Source of the DNA: Lingula anatina
Lineage: Eukaryota > Animalia > Brachiopoda
Direction of reading: 5' to 3'
Length of the DNA stretch: 64,000 nucleotides
NCBI GenBank assembly: GCA_051362555.1
Contig: CM120645.1
Location: 15,252,001-15,316,000 of the forward strand
Shown: one piece after another, positions 1-12,260 of the stretch
Layout of the letters: each line of letters begins with the position of its first letter
Position numbering within the stretch: position 1 is the first letter of the stretch
Program-made: the position numbers and the translations under genes
Notes under the pieces: generated by a model
Seen by the model: the letters and a program-made list of their open reading frames with translations, nothing else
The model's database searches: none
Told to the model about the DNA's origin: nothing

Positions 1-1474
1 AAATGTGAGGGGTGGTCTTTTCGGCAATTTCTGCCCTTGTATAAAAACGCATGGGTTTGGTCAATCTTTGGAGCGTGTTTAGAGAAGCAACAAAGGGATC
101 GCTCTGAAACTTGACAGGTACCTTAGTGACGATATGGTACGACAGCAAAGCAACGCAGCTTACTATGGGATTCTTGCTCTCAGAGAAAATGGCCAGAAAC
201 GGACAGCCATTGCCAGGTAATTCAACATTTATCAGGAACCGTTTGTGAAGTACTCCAAAGAAATGCTGCTACAGGGGCACCTACTCCAATACCTCGACCA
301 GGGTGTCCGCGTATCACACCAAGAAGACAGGATCGCATTCTCCTTAGTGGACGCCGTGCTGGTCGTACAAAGACAACCAGTGTCCTCAGAAAAGAGAGGC
401 AGAATGTCATTCAAACGCCTGTTTCAAGGTCCCACGTGAACAAGAGATTTCTGCAAGCCGGTTATTTTGCACGAAGGCCAGTAGGGAAACCACTGTTAAC
501 AGTAGGTCATAAACAGCGACGTCTGCAAAGAGCTGGGGACCACGTGCGTTTGCAGCCAAACCACTGGAATCACGTCGTTTTCAGTGATAAGGCCAGATAT
601 GGATTTTTTAGGGTTGATCGTCGAATCCGTGTCCACCGACGTGTACGAGGGACATAAAACAATGATTGTGTACTGCCTAGGGTGCTAGCAGGGGATGGTA
701 ACGTCTCTGTTTGGGGAGTATTTCATGTCGGTGCCCAGAACCAGTTGGTTTTTCTAGGAGGCAACCTCATCCAGGATTCCTACAGAGACATTCTACAGCA
801 AACAATGCTTCGATTGGTAAGATTCATCTTCAGGAACAACTTTGTGTACCAAGACGCCTGCTCAACCCCACATCGAGGCCGCAGAATCACTGTTTTTCTT
901 CAAAACCAATGGGTTCAGCAACTGCCCTGGCCTGCAAACTCTCCAGATATGAACCCAATTGAAAATCTGTGGGCGGAAGTAACTCACAGAATTAATAGCT
1001 ATGGTCCTTGGCCGGTAAATAGTGATGAACTGCGACAGGCAAATATCACTGCGTGGAATGATATCCCCACCCAAACTCTAAAAAACGTGTCACAGGATAT
1101 GCCGTGTAGGATGAGGGCGCTGCAAGCGGCTGCTGGAGGTCATACCCGCAATTACTGACTTTTCATGATTTACTGTAGTGAGTTCTTTGACTGTGTAACA
1201 TATCACTGTCCGGAGGCTATCATTTTCTTTAATATCTTATCTTAAAGTTTATACTGACATCAAACTGTTGATATGGTTTTCTGGGGGTGTTCCTTTCTTT
1301 TGAATGGCATCTTATGTCAGATTTAATATTATTGACCAAAATATCTCACAACAGAAGACTGGATGTTATTATCACTCAGTGACATACTTTTTTAATGACT
1401 CAAGCCAAAAAAAAATTAATCAGCACTCAAAAATAACAATGATAAAAAATATTCCATATTAAGTGGTAACCCTG
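1..1474 (+). mobile_element. Degenerate Tc1/mariner DNA transposon (left end outside window)
   Basis: Transposase remnants 134-1158; element ends ...AACCCTG followed by TA (1475-1476). The sequence after the TA matches the uninterrupted site acgTAtttgtgaatgc at ~8262. Confidence 0.85.
134..1158 (+). pseudogene. Tc1-type DDE transposase, frameshifted
   Basis: Fragments in three frames: WNHVVFSD (D1), FVYQD...PH (degenerate D2), WPANSPDMNPIENLW (E), C-terminal GGHTRNY typical of Tc1. Confidence 0.9.
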
Positions 1475-1476
1475 TA

Positions 1477-1720
1477 TTTGTGAATGCTTTTGCACAAAAG
1501 GGCACTACTGATTGAATAAAGCCACGGATATTGAGGTTCTTTAAGAACACTCGTACTTTAAGTTCAAGGTCAACTCTTATTGTCGACATTAAAATAAATG
1601 CTAATCATACCAGCCAAAGATCTTGGTAATGGCGTGACTATAATTTATTGATCGAAAGATTGTCTCTATTTTTCATGAAGTTTATCAGTTAGTTTATTTC
1701 TGCAGAGGTACGTGTAAATT
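1477..1720 (-). promoter_or_regulatory. Putative promoter of a third sulfotransferase copy lying left of the window
   Basis: Aligns with 8265-8490 and 14232-14465, which lie just upstream of the 5'UTR donor sites of the two SULT genes; contains AGTTCAAGGTCA at 1561-1572. Confidence 0.5.
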
Positions 1721-1843
1721 GTTGACCCTTAAATGCTGCAGTTTTCTTTGGTGGTCAATTTGTATATAAATCGTTTCAAATATCAGTCATCTTTCCGGAA
1801 ATAATTTTTTGCAAAGAAGTTACATAATAACCAGCAATATTAA

Positions 1844-2182
1844 AGGGATAATAGCTCTTCGTTTCGGCCAAAAAATGAATTTTCCTGGAGTAAACAACAA
1901 TTTTCCCATACTTACCAATGGTTAATGAATCCACTTTTACAATCAAAGTTAGTCCCAGTTTTTTTTTTCTAAAAAGTTTGTTTTTTTGTTGAAATCTCTT
2001 AAGAAATTATAACTGAGTACAGCCATCAATGGAGGTCACGTGGTCTAAAGAAAAGCTCAGATAACAGAATAATAGCTATAACTGCTGTTTTTGTCGTAAA
2101 ACAGAATATATTATATTTCTATGAGTTATTCACAATGTTTTTATTGTGAAATATAGATCTCATACAAAGAGTTATTATCCCT
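1844..2182. mobile_element. Kolobok-type MITE
   Basis: TIRs AGGGATAATAGCTCTT / AAGAGTTATTATCCCT, with TTAA on both sides (1840-1843, 2183-2186). Confidence 0.8.
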
Positions 2183-3844
2183 TTAAGGTGGAGTCGTTTA
2201 AATGCACGTTTACTTAGAACAATAGAGGGAAATGTGGGCCCCTTATTCTTAATAATCTACGCTGTAAAATGGTGTTGAGATGTTTTTTGTAAATGCACGC
2301 TTTTTGTCATCAATCAGAAGTGCAACATTTTGACTAAATTGGTACGTATTTGATCTGTATACACACCACGTAATGGCTTGTAAAGGAATCTGACTGGTAT
2401 TTCCTGAACAAGGTGATTACATTAAAGAACAGCATCTTTTTGTTCTATATTTTCAACATTAGTAACTATACTTCTCCGTTTTACCCTGACAAAGAAATGC
2501 ACCATTTCAGTGCTCTTCATAGAAACTGTTTGGAACATTTTTTCACTCATTAAGACATAACACAATCAGTATATTTTATTGGTTCCTAGGCATGTACACA
2601 AAATAGTGACTTGGATTGAAAATAAATCCTTTATTAACGATCTAACAGTGGCATCTTCACTTCGTCCTTTGCATATAGATAGATAGATACTTCACATGAT
2701 AAGTTAACAATTAAAAATACGGGTAAAGCAAAGATATTAAAAATACAAAGGATTTCATCAAAGTGTTGACTACGAGAAAACATAAAATGAGATTAACGTA
2801 ACGATTATCGGCGATTGTTTATGGACATACTGAAATTTTAAAGGTATAGCTGTGTGAAAATTTTTTTTAATTATTTGACATTTGGACTTGCCAGTAAAAT
2901 TCACCCTGTGCATGTACAACACTGTATCCAGCACATTTTGAGCTACTTTTCAGTTATTGAACTATACTTTGTCTTATTGCATATAATGTGCGCTGTAAAG
3001 CATGATGTGAAGAATGAAATACTAACTCGTTTTCCTCCTAACTAAACCTATAAATTACACCTATCTAATCTCCAACAATTTTGAGGCAAAACAAACATTC
3101 GGTTTCTGGCTCTTATGATGAACATTTTTTATTTCTTACTCTGAGAAACGTTTCTAGTGTTCAAGTTAAGCTTAACAGTTTAAAATAAAATAATTTTATC
3201 ACAGTATTACTGTTCTGACATTTATTTTTATTGCAGAACTTCAGAGCATAAATTGTGTGCTCTCGCTTGCACCCTACATGTATGTGAGTATAATCCTTTA
3301 CATTGTTGAAAATCCAGGAGTAATAGACTCGTTCTTAACGTGGGAAGTTCTGGAGCTCGTGTAGAATTTTATAATAATTTATGTTAATGATGATTTATTC
3401 TAAAAACAGCAACACATGCGATAAAGCTCTATATTCCACGTTTTCAATACCTATTTCACAGAAAGTAGTTTTCGAAGTGGTTTTGTAAGACCACAATTTA
3501 AAGGTATACTATGCGCATTTTAAAACTTCCCAAAATCACATTTAAGTATAAATACCCTGCTAAACCGCCTATTTGCCCCAAGCTACATGTAAATTAGTAG
3601 GCAAAAAGTAAGCGATGCCGATTTATCTTTCTAAAATGGATAATTATTGAATACGAATTGGCATAAACATCTGACTGGCTCAAGCAATGGCCCGTAAGTT
3701 CATAAGAGAAAAACACTTTTTTTCTCGACTAAAATTAGATTTGGTGCGAAAGTATTGTAGAAAACATCTTAAAACCCTTAGATGAACAATTATGAAAACG
3801 TGCCATTGACCTATACTGGTAAATTATTGGCCCAAATACATTCT

Positions 3845-5905
3845 TCAAAGCTCAAAGTCAACGCTCACTCTAAGTTTATTTCGCTTCTCGTTGAAGATGG
3901 CATTAAATTTTTCGTTTTGCGCTACAGTGAAATGGTTCTTCCAGTCACCAACAATACCTACAAAGAGACAAAAAATTATTATAATAAATAAAAGAAAATG
4001 TGTTTTCTAACGAACACGACATAAATAGTCTATAACTTTACAACTAGAAATCCTTAAAATATGACAGTTGTGAGTGTCTGCTATACGAAAGGACAAATCA
4101 GCTTCTCTTACCTTTTCTGTACATGCTGCCTCCTGGCTTCCAGAAAGACTTTACCTCTTTTTTTGCTTTCTTCATGTGCCCAAAAGAGCACTTTTTAGTC
4201 ACATTTCCATAGATCTCTTCGGATTTGGGATACCCCAGAAATTCTGCAATGCGGCGTACCTCTTTCTTCAGGTTCTAGAAATTGAAAAGAATGATTTTGG
4301 GGTGTTTTTGTTTATCTCTGTCTCTCCCTCTCTTACAATCAAATGCACTGAAACATTCACTTTTTTAATAAACGTTCAAACTTTCAGATAAAATGCAAAA
4401 CACTTCGCAGATCCCTGACCTTCAATAATGTTACTCCGATGATTTGGACTCTATCAGCTTCTTATACAGTATGAACATTAGGACATATGCATTGGTCATT
4501 TAATATTTTTCCCAATATGAAACTTATACAACCTCGATAAACTTCTTACCTGTGTGTATACAAAAAGCAGTCTCCTCGCTAGGCAAAAGTTTAGCTGGTG
4601 TGAACCAGGTTTTTAAGAGAAAGCTTGTTATAATGAATAAATTGAAATGAAAAAATGAAATGGCTAACTGCCATACCCGTTGCATGTCTTCATATTTGAC
4701 CACCAAAGCATTGGGGTTATTTTCTAAAACTTCCATCCAATCCGCAACATGGTCGAACCAAGATCCGTACACACCTAATTGAAAGAATGCCATTGCAGAC
4801 ATTACATTTATCCTTTTATGTTTAACAATATTTGAATACATAATAACTATAAGCGGAAAAACAGCCTAATTTCGAATTTTCAGTATCAAAATAAAACCAG
4901 TACTGTGTTAAATAAGCATTATTTGACAATAATTAATAAAATATTTATATGTTACTGTTTTTAGAAAATAATGAATAATGCGGCATGAGTACTGAGAGTT
5001 AAGAAAATGGGACGGAAGACAAAATCAAAATCTGTTGTCACATTTCACGCCGAAAATGGTCTCCATTTGGAAAAAATTTTCAAAAAATTTGTTTTGGCCA
5101 GATGCTAGTCAGGGAGCATGGGGCAGTTGTGAGAATACTGGAATTTCAGCAAAAATGAAACATCTTAACAAATGCGTTTAAAATTTCCATATTAAATTAT
5201 TCATTCTTGTGTTATGAATAACGTTTTCTAGAGAATACTCTATGTCGACAAAAATATATATTTACATGTATTTTCGTCTATAGTTAAGTCGAAGCACCCA
5301 TTCCAAGTTCCATCATACCCCGACCCTACGTTGTTTTTCACATGATAATATCCAGACACGAAGGCGTCCTTCGGATTCCGTAGTGTGTAGATAATCTTAG
5401 ATTTCTTCAATGCTTCTTCTGGAAACAGCTTCAGCGGCACATGTGTATCTAAAACCCTTGGCGACGGCAGTTTTTCCAGGGACTCCACAGCGCACGCCTC
5501 CGGGAACATGGTGCCTTCTTTAACAGTGTCAGTGAGTTCTTCCCGATCCGTCATGAGGAGTTTGACCACTTCATACACCCAATGTGTTCCTAATAAGTAG
5601 TTCATAGACATACAACGGCAAATTTCCATATGACAAAAATACATTCTGAGAAAACAAAATTATTTAAATTTATAATTTAATTAAAACTTGTTCAAAGGAT
5701 GAACTCTCAAAAACGCAGTACGATGAAAAGATTCATAAATATGGTATTTTGTCTCGAACAGAGCACAGGTGTTTAACTTACTTAGTCCCCATTTTACACT
5801 TGAAATAGCCACCTGTTTGCTGAGTATGCTGATTAAAGATGAATAGATTCTCAACTCGTCCTCTCTCTCTCTCTCTCTTTCGGCGTTTGTGTGTGTGTGT
5901 GTGTT

Positions 5906-5937
<32 letters not shown>

Positions 5938-6236
5938 TGAGTGTGTGTACCTGATTTAGGCCAGTTAACTATCCAAACATCATCCTCACGAGCGTGAAAC
6001 TTGTCATAATTGTTTATGTTACTTTCTACAAGAGGAAACGGCGGTAGGTGAATTCCCTTAACGACGACTGCACTGAAGCTATTCCCCTCGCTGTCTGTCA
6101 ACTTTATCCTCTTTCCTGCTTGTCTCCAACCGAGCACCACTGATTTGACCATATTACGAACTTCAGGAAAGTGGTACAAGTCCATAACAAGAAGATATAT
6201 TGTGCGAAAGAAATTTCTGATTGACGCAAACACCAT
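3845..6236 (-). CDS. Cytosolic sulfotransferase (SULT1-like), copy A, 5 coding exons, 327 aa
   Basis: Exons 6236-5951, 5589-5266, 4774-4677, 4274-4112, 3957-3845; all GT-AG, phases consistent (984 nt). Motifs WPKSGTHW (5'-PSB), THVP (catalytic His), RNPKDAFVS (3'-PB), YGSWFDHV, RKGIVGDWKNHFT. Putative non-coding first exon ends at 8234. Confidence 0.93.
5862..5948. repeat. Compound (CT)n-(GT)n-(GA)n microsatellite; paralogous copy at ~11900-11976
   Basis: Directly visible dinucleotide runs just inside the intron after coding exon 1 in both SULT copies. Confidence 0.95.
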
Positions 6237-6453
6237 TGTGTCGGCTGGACTGAAATATTGAAAAGAAGTACCGCGGTAAGTCTATTATATGCTCCTGACA
6301 GTTGGGAGTAGTGGGTGCATGGTGGTTGGGAATGAGGGTAGGTGAGGGGAGGTGGTCAACGGTTGTAGATGTTTATGCAAAATTTTACCTGAAAGTAATA
6401 AGCATGACATTTGCTAGTCAAATTACTTCTAGGCATAAATAGGCCTATTATTA

Positions 6454-6732
6454 GAGCTCAATCCCACTGAAACTATCAGTCTACGTAGATCGATACAAAT
6501 CGATACAAAAAGGGGATTCGCTGAATGCAATCAGCATAACAGATGAACACCACTCCCTTTGGTTTAAACGTACTAGTACAGTACACTTGCCAGCTTTTCT
6601 GTATTCTACTCAGCGCCAGGGGGGACGGCTGAAGAGAAGTATCGAAGTCTGCTGATCTGATTGCATTCAGCGAGAGTTCTCACGAAGTTGGATAGATCTA
6701 CACAAACCGATGGTTTCATTGGGAACGAACCC
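6454..6732. mobile_element. PIF/Harbinger-type MITE (followed by a partial tandem half to ~6880; paralog at ~12470-12870)
   Basis: Imperfect TIRs GAGCTCAATCCCACTGAAAC / GTTTCATTGGGAACGAACCC with internal inverted GCTGAATGCAATCAG; same family as 14615-14890. Confidence 0.7.
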
Positions 6733-7265
6733 TTGTTTCCAACGTACTCGCATAATCACCGGCCTTTATATATTCTACCCAACGATAGGAGGGGGCGTGT
6801 TAATCTATCTCACTGATTGCATTCAAGTAGTGTCCTCAGAGTTGGGTCGATATACGTAGACCCACAGTTTCACCGGCCCCTTACAGATATCCAGGATAGT
6901 TGACATCCCCTCCCCGCCATGCAAAGGAAGTAATAAGAATTAATGGCACAAGTGGTGTTAACTGTGCCGAACTAAGTGCATGAAACAGTATTCTGATCGC
7001 CAAAGTGTGTGCACCGACTCTCCCTTGAAAAGGTCACCGAACGATGCCTGAATCTGCCATTTTGTTTTGGAAAAGCAGAGGGAGTGCTCCCCCCACTGCA
7101 TCCCCTGGAATCCTCTATGTATATACTTAATCTGTTATCATGGCATAAGTAAGATATCATTATTAGAATTTCGTTATTAACGCCATACATAAAAGAATGT
7201 TCAATTAAGGGTTAAGTGGACAAAGGAAAAAATAAAGTCCAATCCTGGATCTTACTTTGGAACGG

Positions 7266-7310
7266 AGATCACAAACGTTTCGACCTTTCACAAGGCCTTC
7301 TCAAGGTGAA
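7266..7310 (-). ncRNA. Minimal type I hammerhead ribozyme, U3-A8 variant
   Basis: Minus strand: tcacc TTGAGAA ggcctt gtga aaggtc GAAA cgtt tgtga, i.e. stem I, core, 6-bp stem II with GNRA loop, GAAA, palindromic stem III; first stem I pair mismatched. Confidence 0.65.
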
Positions 7311-7613
7311 CTGTTTTGTGTCACTTGTGTCACATGGTCACAGTCTGCCCGGAATGTCTCCCATGACCCGGTCCCACAGATGTCGGGTTGAGATGTAGTG
7401 ATTATCTCTGGCCGCCGTGCTGGTTCAGGGCGGATTGCTCAATCCGATCATGAATCAGAATGGTCTCTTTCAGTCTGAGCCAGTCCGTCTCTTTGGCGAG
7501 TATAATGTCTTTGGTGTCAAAAGTATTAGAGGGGTGTTGTTGGTGGGTGAATACTGCAGAGTCATATATAGGTCACTTGAGCTACAGCGCCTGCGTTCTG
7601 CTTTAATATTATA

Positions 7614-7827
7614 CACCCCATTTCCATAGATTAGATCGACCTACTTTAGATCGACCTAACTCCCTGGGGGTTCACGCTAAATAGCTGTCAGCCGGGCGGA
7701 CACGAAAGTTAATTAGCCCTTATAGCTTGTAGTAGGCGGGGACGGACACTTAAGGGGGATTATCTGACAGTAATCTAGTGAGACTCCCCGCGGTGATAGA
7801 TCGATCTAAAGTTGTGGGAATAGACCC
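7614..7827. mobile_element. PIF/Harbinger-type MITE inserted in the Penelope fragment
   Basis: ATA duplicated at 7611-7613 and 7828-7830; empty site cttATAgactg in the paralogous unit (~13768); same family as 30868-31082. Confidence 0.8.
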
Positions 7828-8233
7828 ATAGACTGTTTTGATTCCCCCCACACGAGCCCTGCAGTATGCAGGTTAATGTCCTTACACTTTACACCGTTAC
7901 TTTTCTTCAGGTATTTTATTCTCAGCATTTTGTCTTTCACATGGACTTACTGGTTTCTTGGGTGTGTTGTTACAAAAACAATGTGGTTGAAAATTTCCCT
8001 AATTAGACAGATTCTTTACGAAGGCATGCAGACTTACTGACGCAGACCGGTACTACGTGACCCCGGTGACAACTCAAAATCAGTTCACCTTAAGGCCGTG
8101 ATTTCCGTTTCAACGCAAGACCCACTGTTAGATTAATTTTGTTTCATTACCATAGTTTACTGTTACTGGATGAATCAAGAATTTCACTTTGAGGTTCGAA
8201 GGAAACCACTATAGTATAGTCTCGTGCACTTAC

Positions 8234-8490
8234 CGAGTAGGCCTACCTGTTGATTGAATACGTATTTGTGAATGCTTTTGCACAAAAGAAAGCCACCGAT
8301 AGTGAGGCTTTTTAAGAAAACCGTACTTTAGGTTCAAGGTCAACTCTTATTGTCGACATTAAAAAATGCTAATCATTCTAGCCAAAGATCTTGGAAATGG
8401 CGTGATTAAAATTTATTGATCGATAGATTGTCTCTATTTTTCATGAAGTTTATCAATTAGTTTATTTCTGCAGAGGTACTTGTAAATTGT
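8234..8490 (-). promoter_or_regulatory. Putative promoter and non-coding first exon of SULT copy A (copy B equivalent 14216-14465)
   Basis: Strong donor G|GTAAGTG at 8234/8233 and 14216/14215; acceptor TTTCAG 13 nt before the ATG; TATA-like CTTAAAAAG; RGTTCAAGGTCA at 8331-8342 and 14318-14329. Confidence 0.55.
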
Positions 8491-8559
8491 TAGCCACTTT
8501 TCAATCAGAAGCAAATTATTACTTGTTTTATAGTTTTTGCATGGGTTTGTTTTGTATTG

Positions 8560-9059
8560 GCCGGAAGTAACTCGCAGAATTAATAGTTATAATCCTCAGC
8601 CGGTAAATAGTGAAGAACTACGACAGGCAAATATCACTACCTAGAATCATATCCCCATCCGAACTCTGAGAAACTTGTCACAGGGTATGCCATGTAGGGT
8701 GAGGGCGCTCCAAGCGGCTGCTGGAGGTCATACCCGCTATTGATTACTATTCGTTATTAACTGTAATGAGTTATTTGACTGTATAGCATATTACTGTCCG
8801 GAGGCCATAATTTTCTTTAATATTTCAGCTTAAAGTTAATACTGACATCAAAGTGTTGATATGGTTTTCTGGGGGTGTTCTTTTCTTTTGAATAACAAAT
8901 TATATTTTTTGATATCATTGACCAAAATATCTCACATTAGAAGACTGAATACTATTATCACTCAATGACATTTTTTTTATTAATAAAGCCAAAAATTTTA
9001 ATCTGCACCCAAAAATAGCAATGATAAAAGAAAATATTCCATATAAAGTATGAACCCTG
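8560..9059 (+). mobile_element. 3' fragment of the same Tc1 family as 1-1474
   Basis: Aligns with ~970-1474 (GCTGCTGGAGGTCATACCCG...), ends AACCCTG+TA. Confidence 0.85.
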
Positions 9060-9890
9060 TAGGCAAAATAGTTACTTGGATTGATAATAATTCCTTTATT
9101 AACGTTTTAACAGTGGCATCTTCCCTTCGTCATTTGCATTTAGAAAGATAGATACTTCACAAGATAAGTTAACAATAAAAATACGGGTAAAGAAACGTTT
9201 TTAATGTTCAAGTTAAACTTAACAGTTTAAAATAAAATAATTTTATCACAGTATTACTGTTCTGACATTTATTTTTATTGCAGAACTTCAGAGCATAAAT
9301 TGTGTGCTCTCGCTTGCACCCTACATATATGTGAGTATAATCCTTTACATTGTTGAAAATCCAGGAGTAATAGACTCGTCCTTAACGTGGGAAGTTCTGG
9401 AGCTCGTGTTGAATTTTATAATAATTTATGTTAATGATGATTTATTCTAAAAACAGCAACACATGCGATAAAGCTCTGTATTCCACGTTTTCAATACCTT
9501 TTTCACAGAAACATGGTTTTCGGAGTGGTTTTGTAAGATCACAATTTAAAGGTATACTATGCGCATTTTAAAACGTCCCAAAATAACATTTAAGTATAAA
9601 TACCCTGCAAAACCGCCTATTTGCCCCAAGCTACATGTAAATTAGTAGGCAAAAAGTAAGCGATGCCGATTTATCTTTCTAAAATGAATAATTATTGAAT
9701 ACGAATTGGTATAAACATCTAACTGGCTCAAGCAATGGTCCCCAAGTTCGTAAGAGAAAAACACTTTTTCTCGACTAAAATTAGATTTGGTGCGAAAGTA
9801 TTGTAGAAAACATCTTCAAACCCTTAGATGAACAATTATGAAAACGTGCCATTGACCTATACTGGTAAATTATTGGCCCAAATACATTCT

Positions 9891-11920
9891 TCAAAGCTCA
9901 AAGTCAACGCTCACTCTAAGTTTATTTCGCTTCTCGTTGAAGATGGCGTTAAATTTTTCGTTTTGCGCTACAGTGAAATGGTTCTTCCAGTCACCAACAA
10001 TACCTACAAAAAGACAAAAAATTATTATAATAAATAAAAGAAAATGTGTTTTCTAACGAACACGACATAAATAGTCTATAACTTTACAACTAGAAATCCT
10101 TAGAATATGACAGTTGCGAGTGTCTGCTATACGAAAGGACAAATCAGCTTCTCTTACCTTTTCTGTACATGCTGTCTCCTGGCTTCCAGAAAAATTTCGG
10201 CTCTTTTTTTGCTTTCTTCATGTGCCCAAAAGAGCACTTTTTAGTCACATTTTCGTAGACCTCTTCGGATTTGGGATAACCTAGAAATTCTGCAACGCGG
10301 CGTACCTCTTTCTTAAGGTCCTAGAAATTGAAAAGAATAATTTTGGGGTATTTTTGTTTATCTCTGTCTCTACCTCTCTTAGAAACAAATGCACTGGAAC
10401 ATTCACTTTTTTTAATAAAAGTTCATACTTTCGAATAAAATGCAAAACACTTGACAGATCCCTGACCTTTAATAATATTACTCCGATGATTTGGACTCTA
10501 TCAGCTTCTAATACAGTATGAACATTAGGACATATGCATTGGTCATTTAATATTTTTTCACAATATGAAACTTATACCCTCGATAAACTTCTTACCTGTG
10601 TGTGCACAAAAAGCAGTCTCCGCGCTAGGGAAAAGTGTAGCTGGTGTGAACCTGGTTTTTAAGAGAAAGCTTGTAATAATGAATATATTGAAATGAAAAA
10701 ATAAAATGACTAACTGCCATACCTGCTGCATGTCTTCATATTTGACCACCAAAGCATTGGGGGTTATTTTCTAAAACTTCCATCCAATCCGCAACATGGT
10801 CGAACCAAGATCCGTACACACCTAATTGAAAGAATGGCATTGAAGACATTGCATTAACCCTTCTCTTATTTTTTATGTTAAAAAAAACAGCCTAATTCTA
10901 AAACTTGTCGAATTTTCAGTATCAAAATAAAACCAGTACTATGTTTAATAAGCATTATTTGACAATGATTAATGAAACATTTATATGTTACTGTTTTCAG
11001 AAAATAATGAATAATGCGGCATGAGTATTGAGAGTTTAAGAAGATGGTACGGAAGACAAAATTAAAGTCTGTTGTCACATTCTCGCTGAAATTTTTCTCC
11101 GTTTGAAAAGATTTAAAAAGGTTTATTTCACATGCTTGTCAGGGAGCATGATACATAGAATACTGAAATTTCACCAAACATAAATCATTTTTTTTTTGAC
11201 AAATGATGTTAACATTTGCATATTAAAGTAGTCATTCTTGCGTTATGAGTTACATGTACATTTTCTAGAGAAAACCTTCTTTCGAAAAAATATATATTTA
11301 CATGCGTTTTCGTCTATGGTTAAGTCAAAGTACCCATTCCAAGTTCCACAATATGATGTTCCGCCTTTCAAGTTTTTCCTATGATGATATCCAGACACGA
11401 AGGCGTCCTTTGGATTCCGTAGTATGTATATAATCATTGATTTCTTCAATGCTTCATCTGGAAACAGCTTCAGCGGCACGTGTGTATCTAAAATCCTCGG
11501 CGACGGCAGTTTTTCCAGGGACTCTACAGCGCACGCCTCCGGGAACATGGTGCCTTCTTTTATGCTGTCAGTGAGTTCTTCCCGTCCCGTCATGAGCAGT
11601 TTGACCACTTCATACACCCAATGTGTTCCTAGAGAGAAGACAATAGACATACAACGTTCTGTAAATTTTCATATTACTAAAAGGAAATTCTGAGAATTTT
11701 GTACCATTGATTAAAACAAAAGTATTAAAAAATATAATTTCAAGAGATTAACTCTTAAGAAGGAAGTATGATGAATATATTGATAAATCGTGTATTTTGT
11801 CGTATATTGCATAGGCGATAGGCGTAATTAGACCCCGATTCACACTTGAAATAGCCAACTATTTGTTGATTAAAGATAAATAAGATCTTACCCGCTCTCC
11901 CTTCTCTCTCTCTCTCTGTC

Positions 11921-11976
<56 letters not shown>

Positions 11977-12260
11977 TTTACCTGATTTAGGCCAATTCAC
12001 TATCAAAACATCATCCCCACGAGCGTGAAACTTGTCATAATTGTTAATGTTACTTTCTACAAGAGGAAACAGCGGTAAGTGGACTCCTTTAACCTCGACT
12101 GCAGCCAGGCCATTCCCCTCGCTGTCCATTAACTTTATCGTCTTTCCTATTTTTCTCCAATCATGGCCTTTAACATACCCCGAACTTCGGGAAAGTGGTA
12201 CAAGTCCATAACAAGGAGATATATTGTGCGAAAGAAATTTCTGAGTGACGCATACACCAT
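9891..12260 (-). pseudogene. Cytosolic sulfotransferase copy B, two frameshifts
   Basis: Exons 12260-11982, 11628-11302, 10821-10723, 10320-10158, 10003-9891. Net 7-nt deletion in exon 1 (~12161-12180) gives an early TAG; extra G in the G5 run at 10759-10763 (G4 in copy A) shifts exon 3. Confidence 0.8.

Larger units (their letters stand above)
7240..8125 (-). mobile_element. Degenerate 3' fragment of a Penelope-like element (GIY-YIG end) with inverted pLTR piece
   Basis: Minus-strand remnants resemble the GIY-YIG region (VGESKQS; SAVFTHQQHPSNTFDTKDIILAKETDW..KETI..ALNQHGG). 8080-8120 is an inverted, deleted copy of 7250-7313. Hammerhead in the 3' region. Confidence 0.7.

Noticed and set aside
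3782-3991. Duplicated 69-aa plus-strand ORF (also 9828-10037)
   Set aside because: Antisense shadow of SULT exon 5 and 3'UTR within the duplicated unit.
3845-4112. Idea that SULT copies lack a last exon and splice to a shared constant exon (UGT1A-like)
   Set aside because: Each copy has its own terminal exon GIVGDWKNHFT (3957-3845 and 10003-9891), too short for the ORF track.
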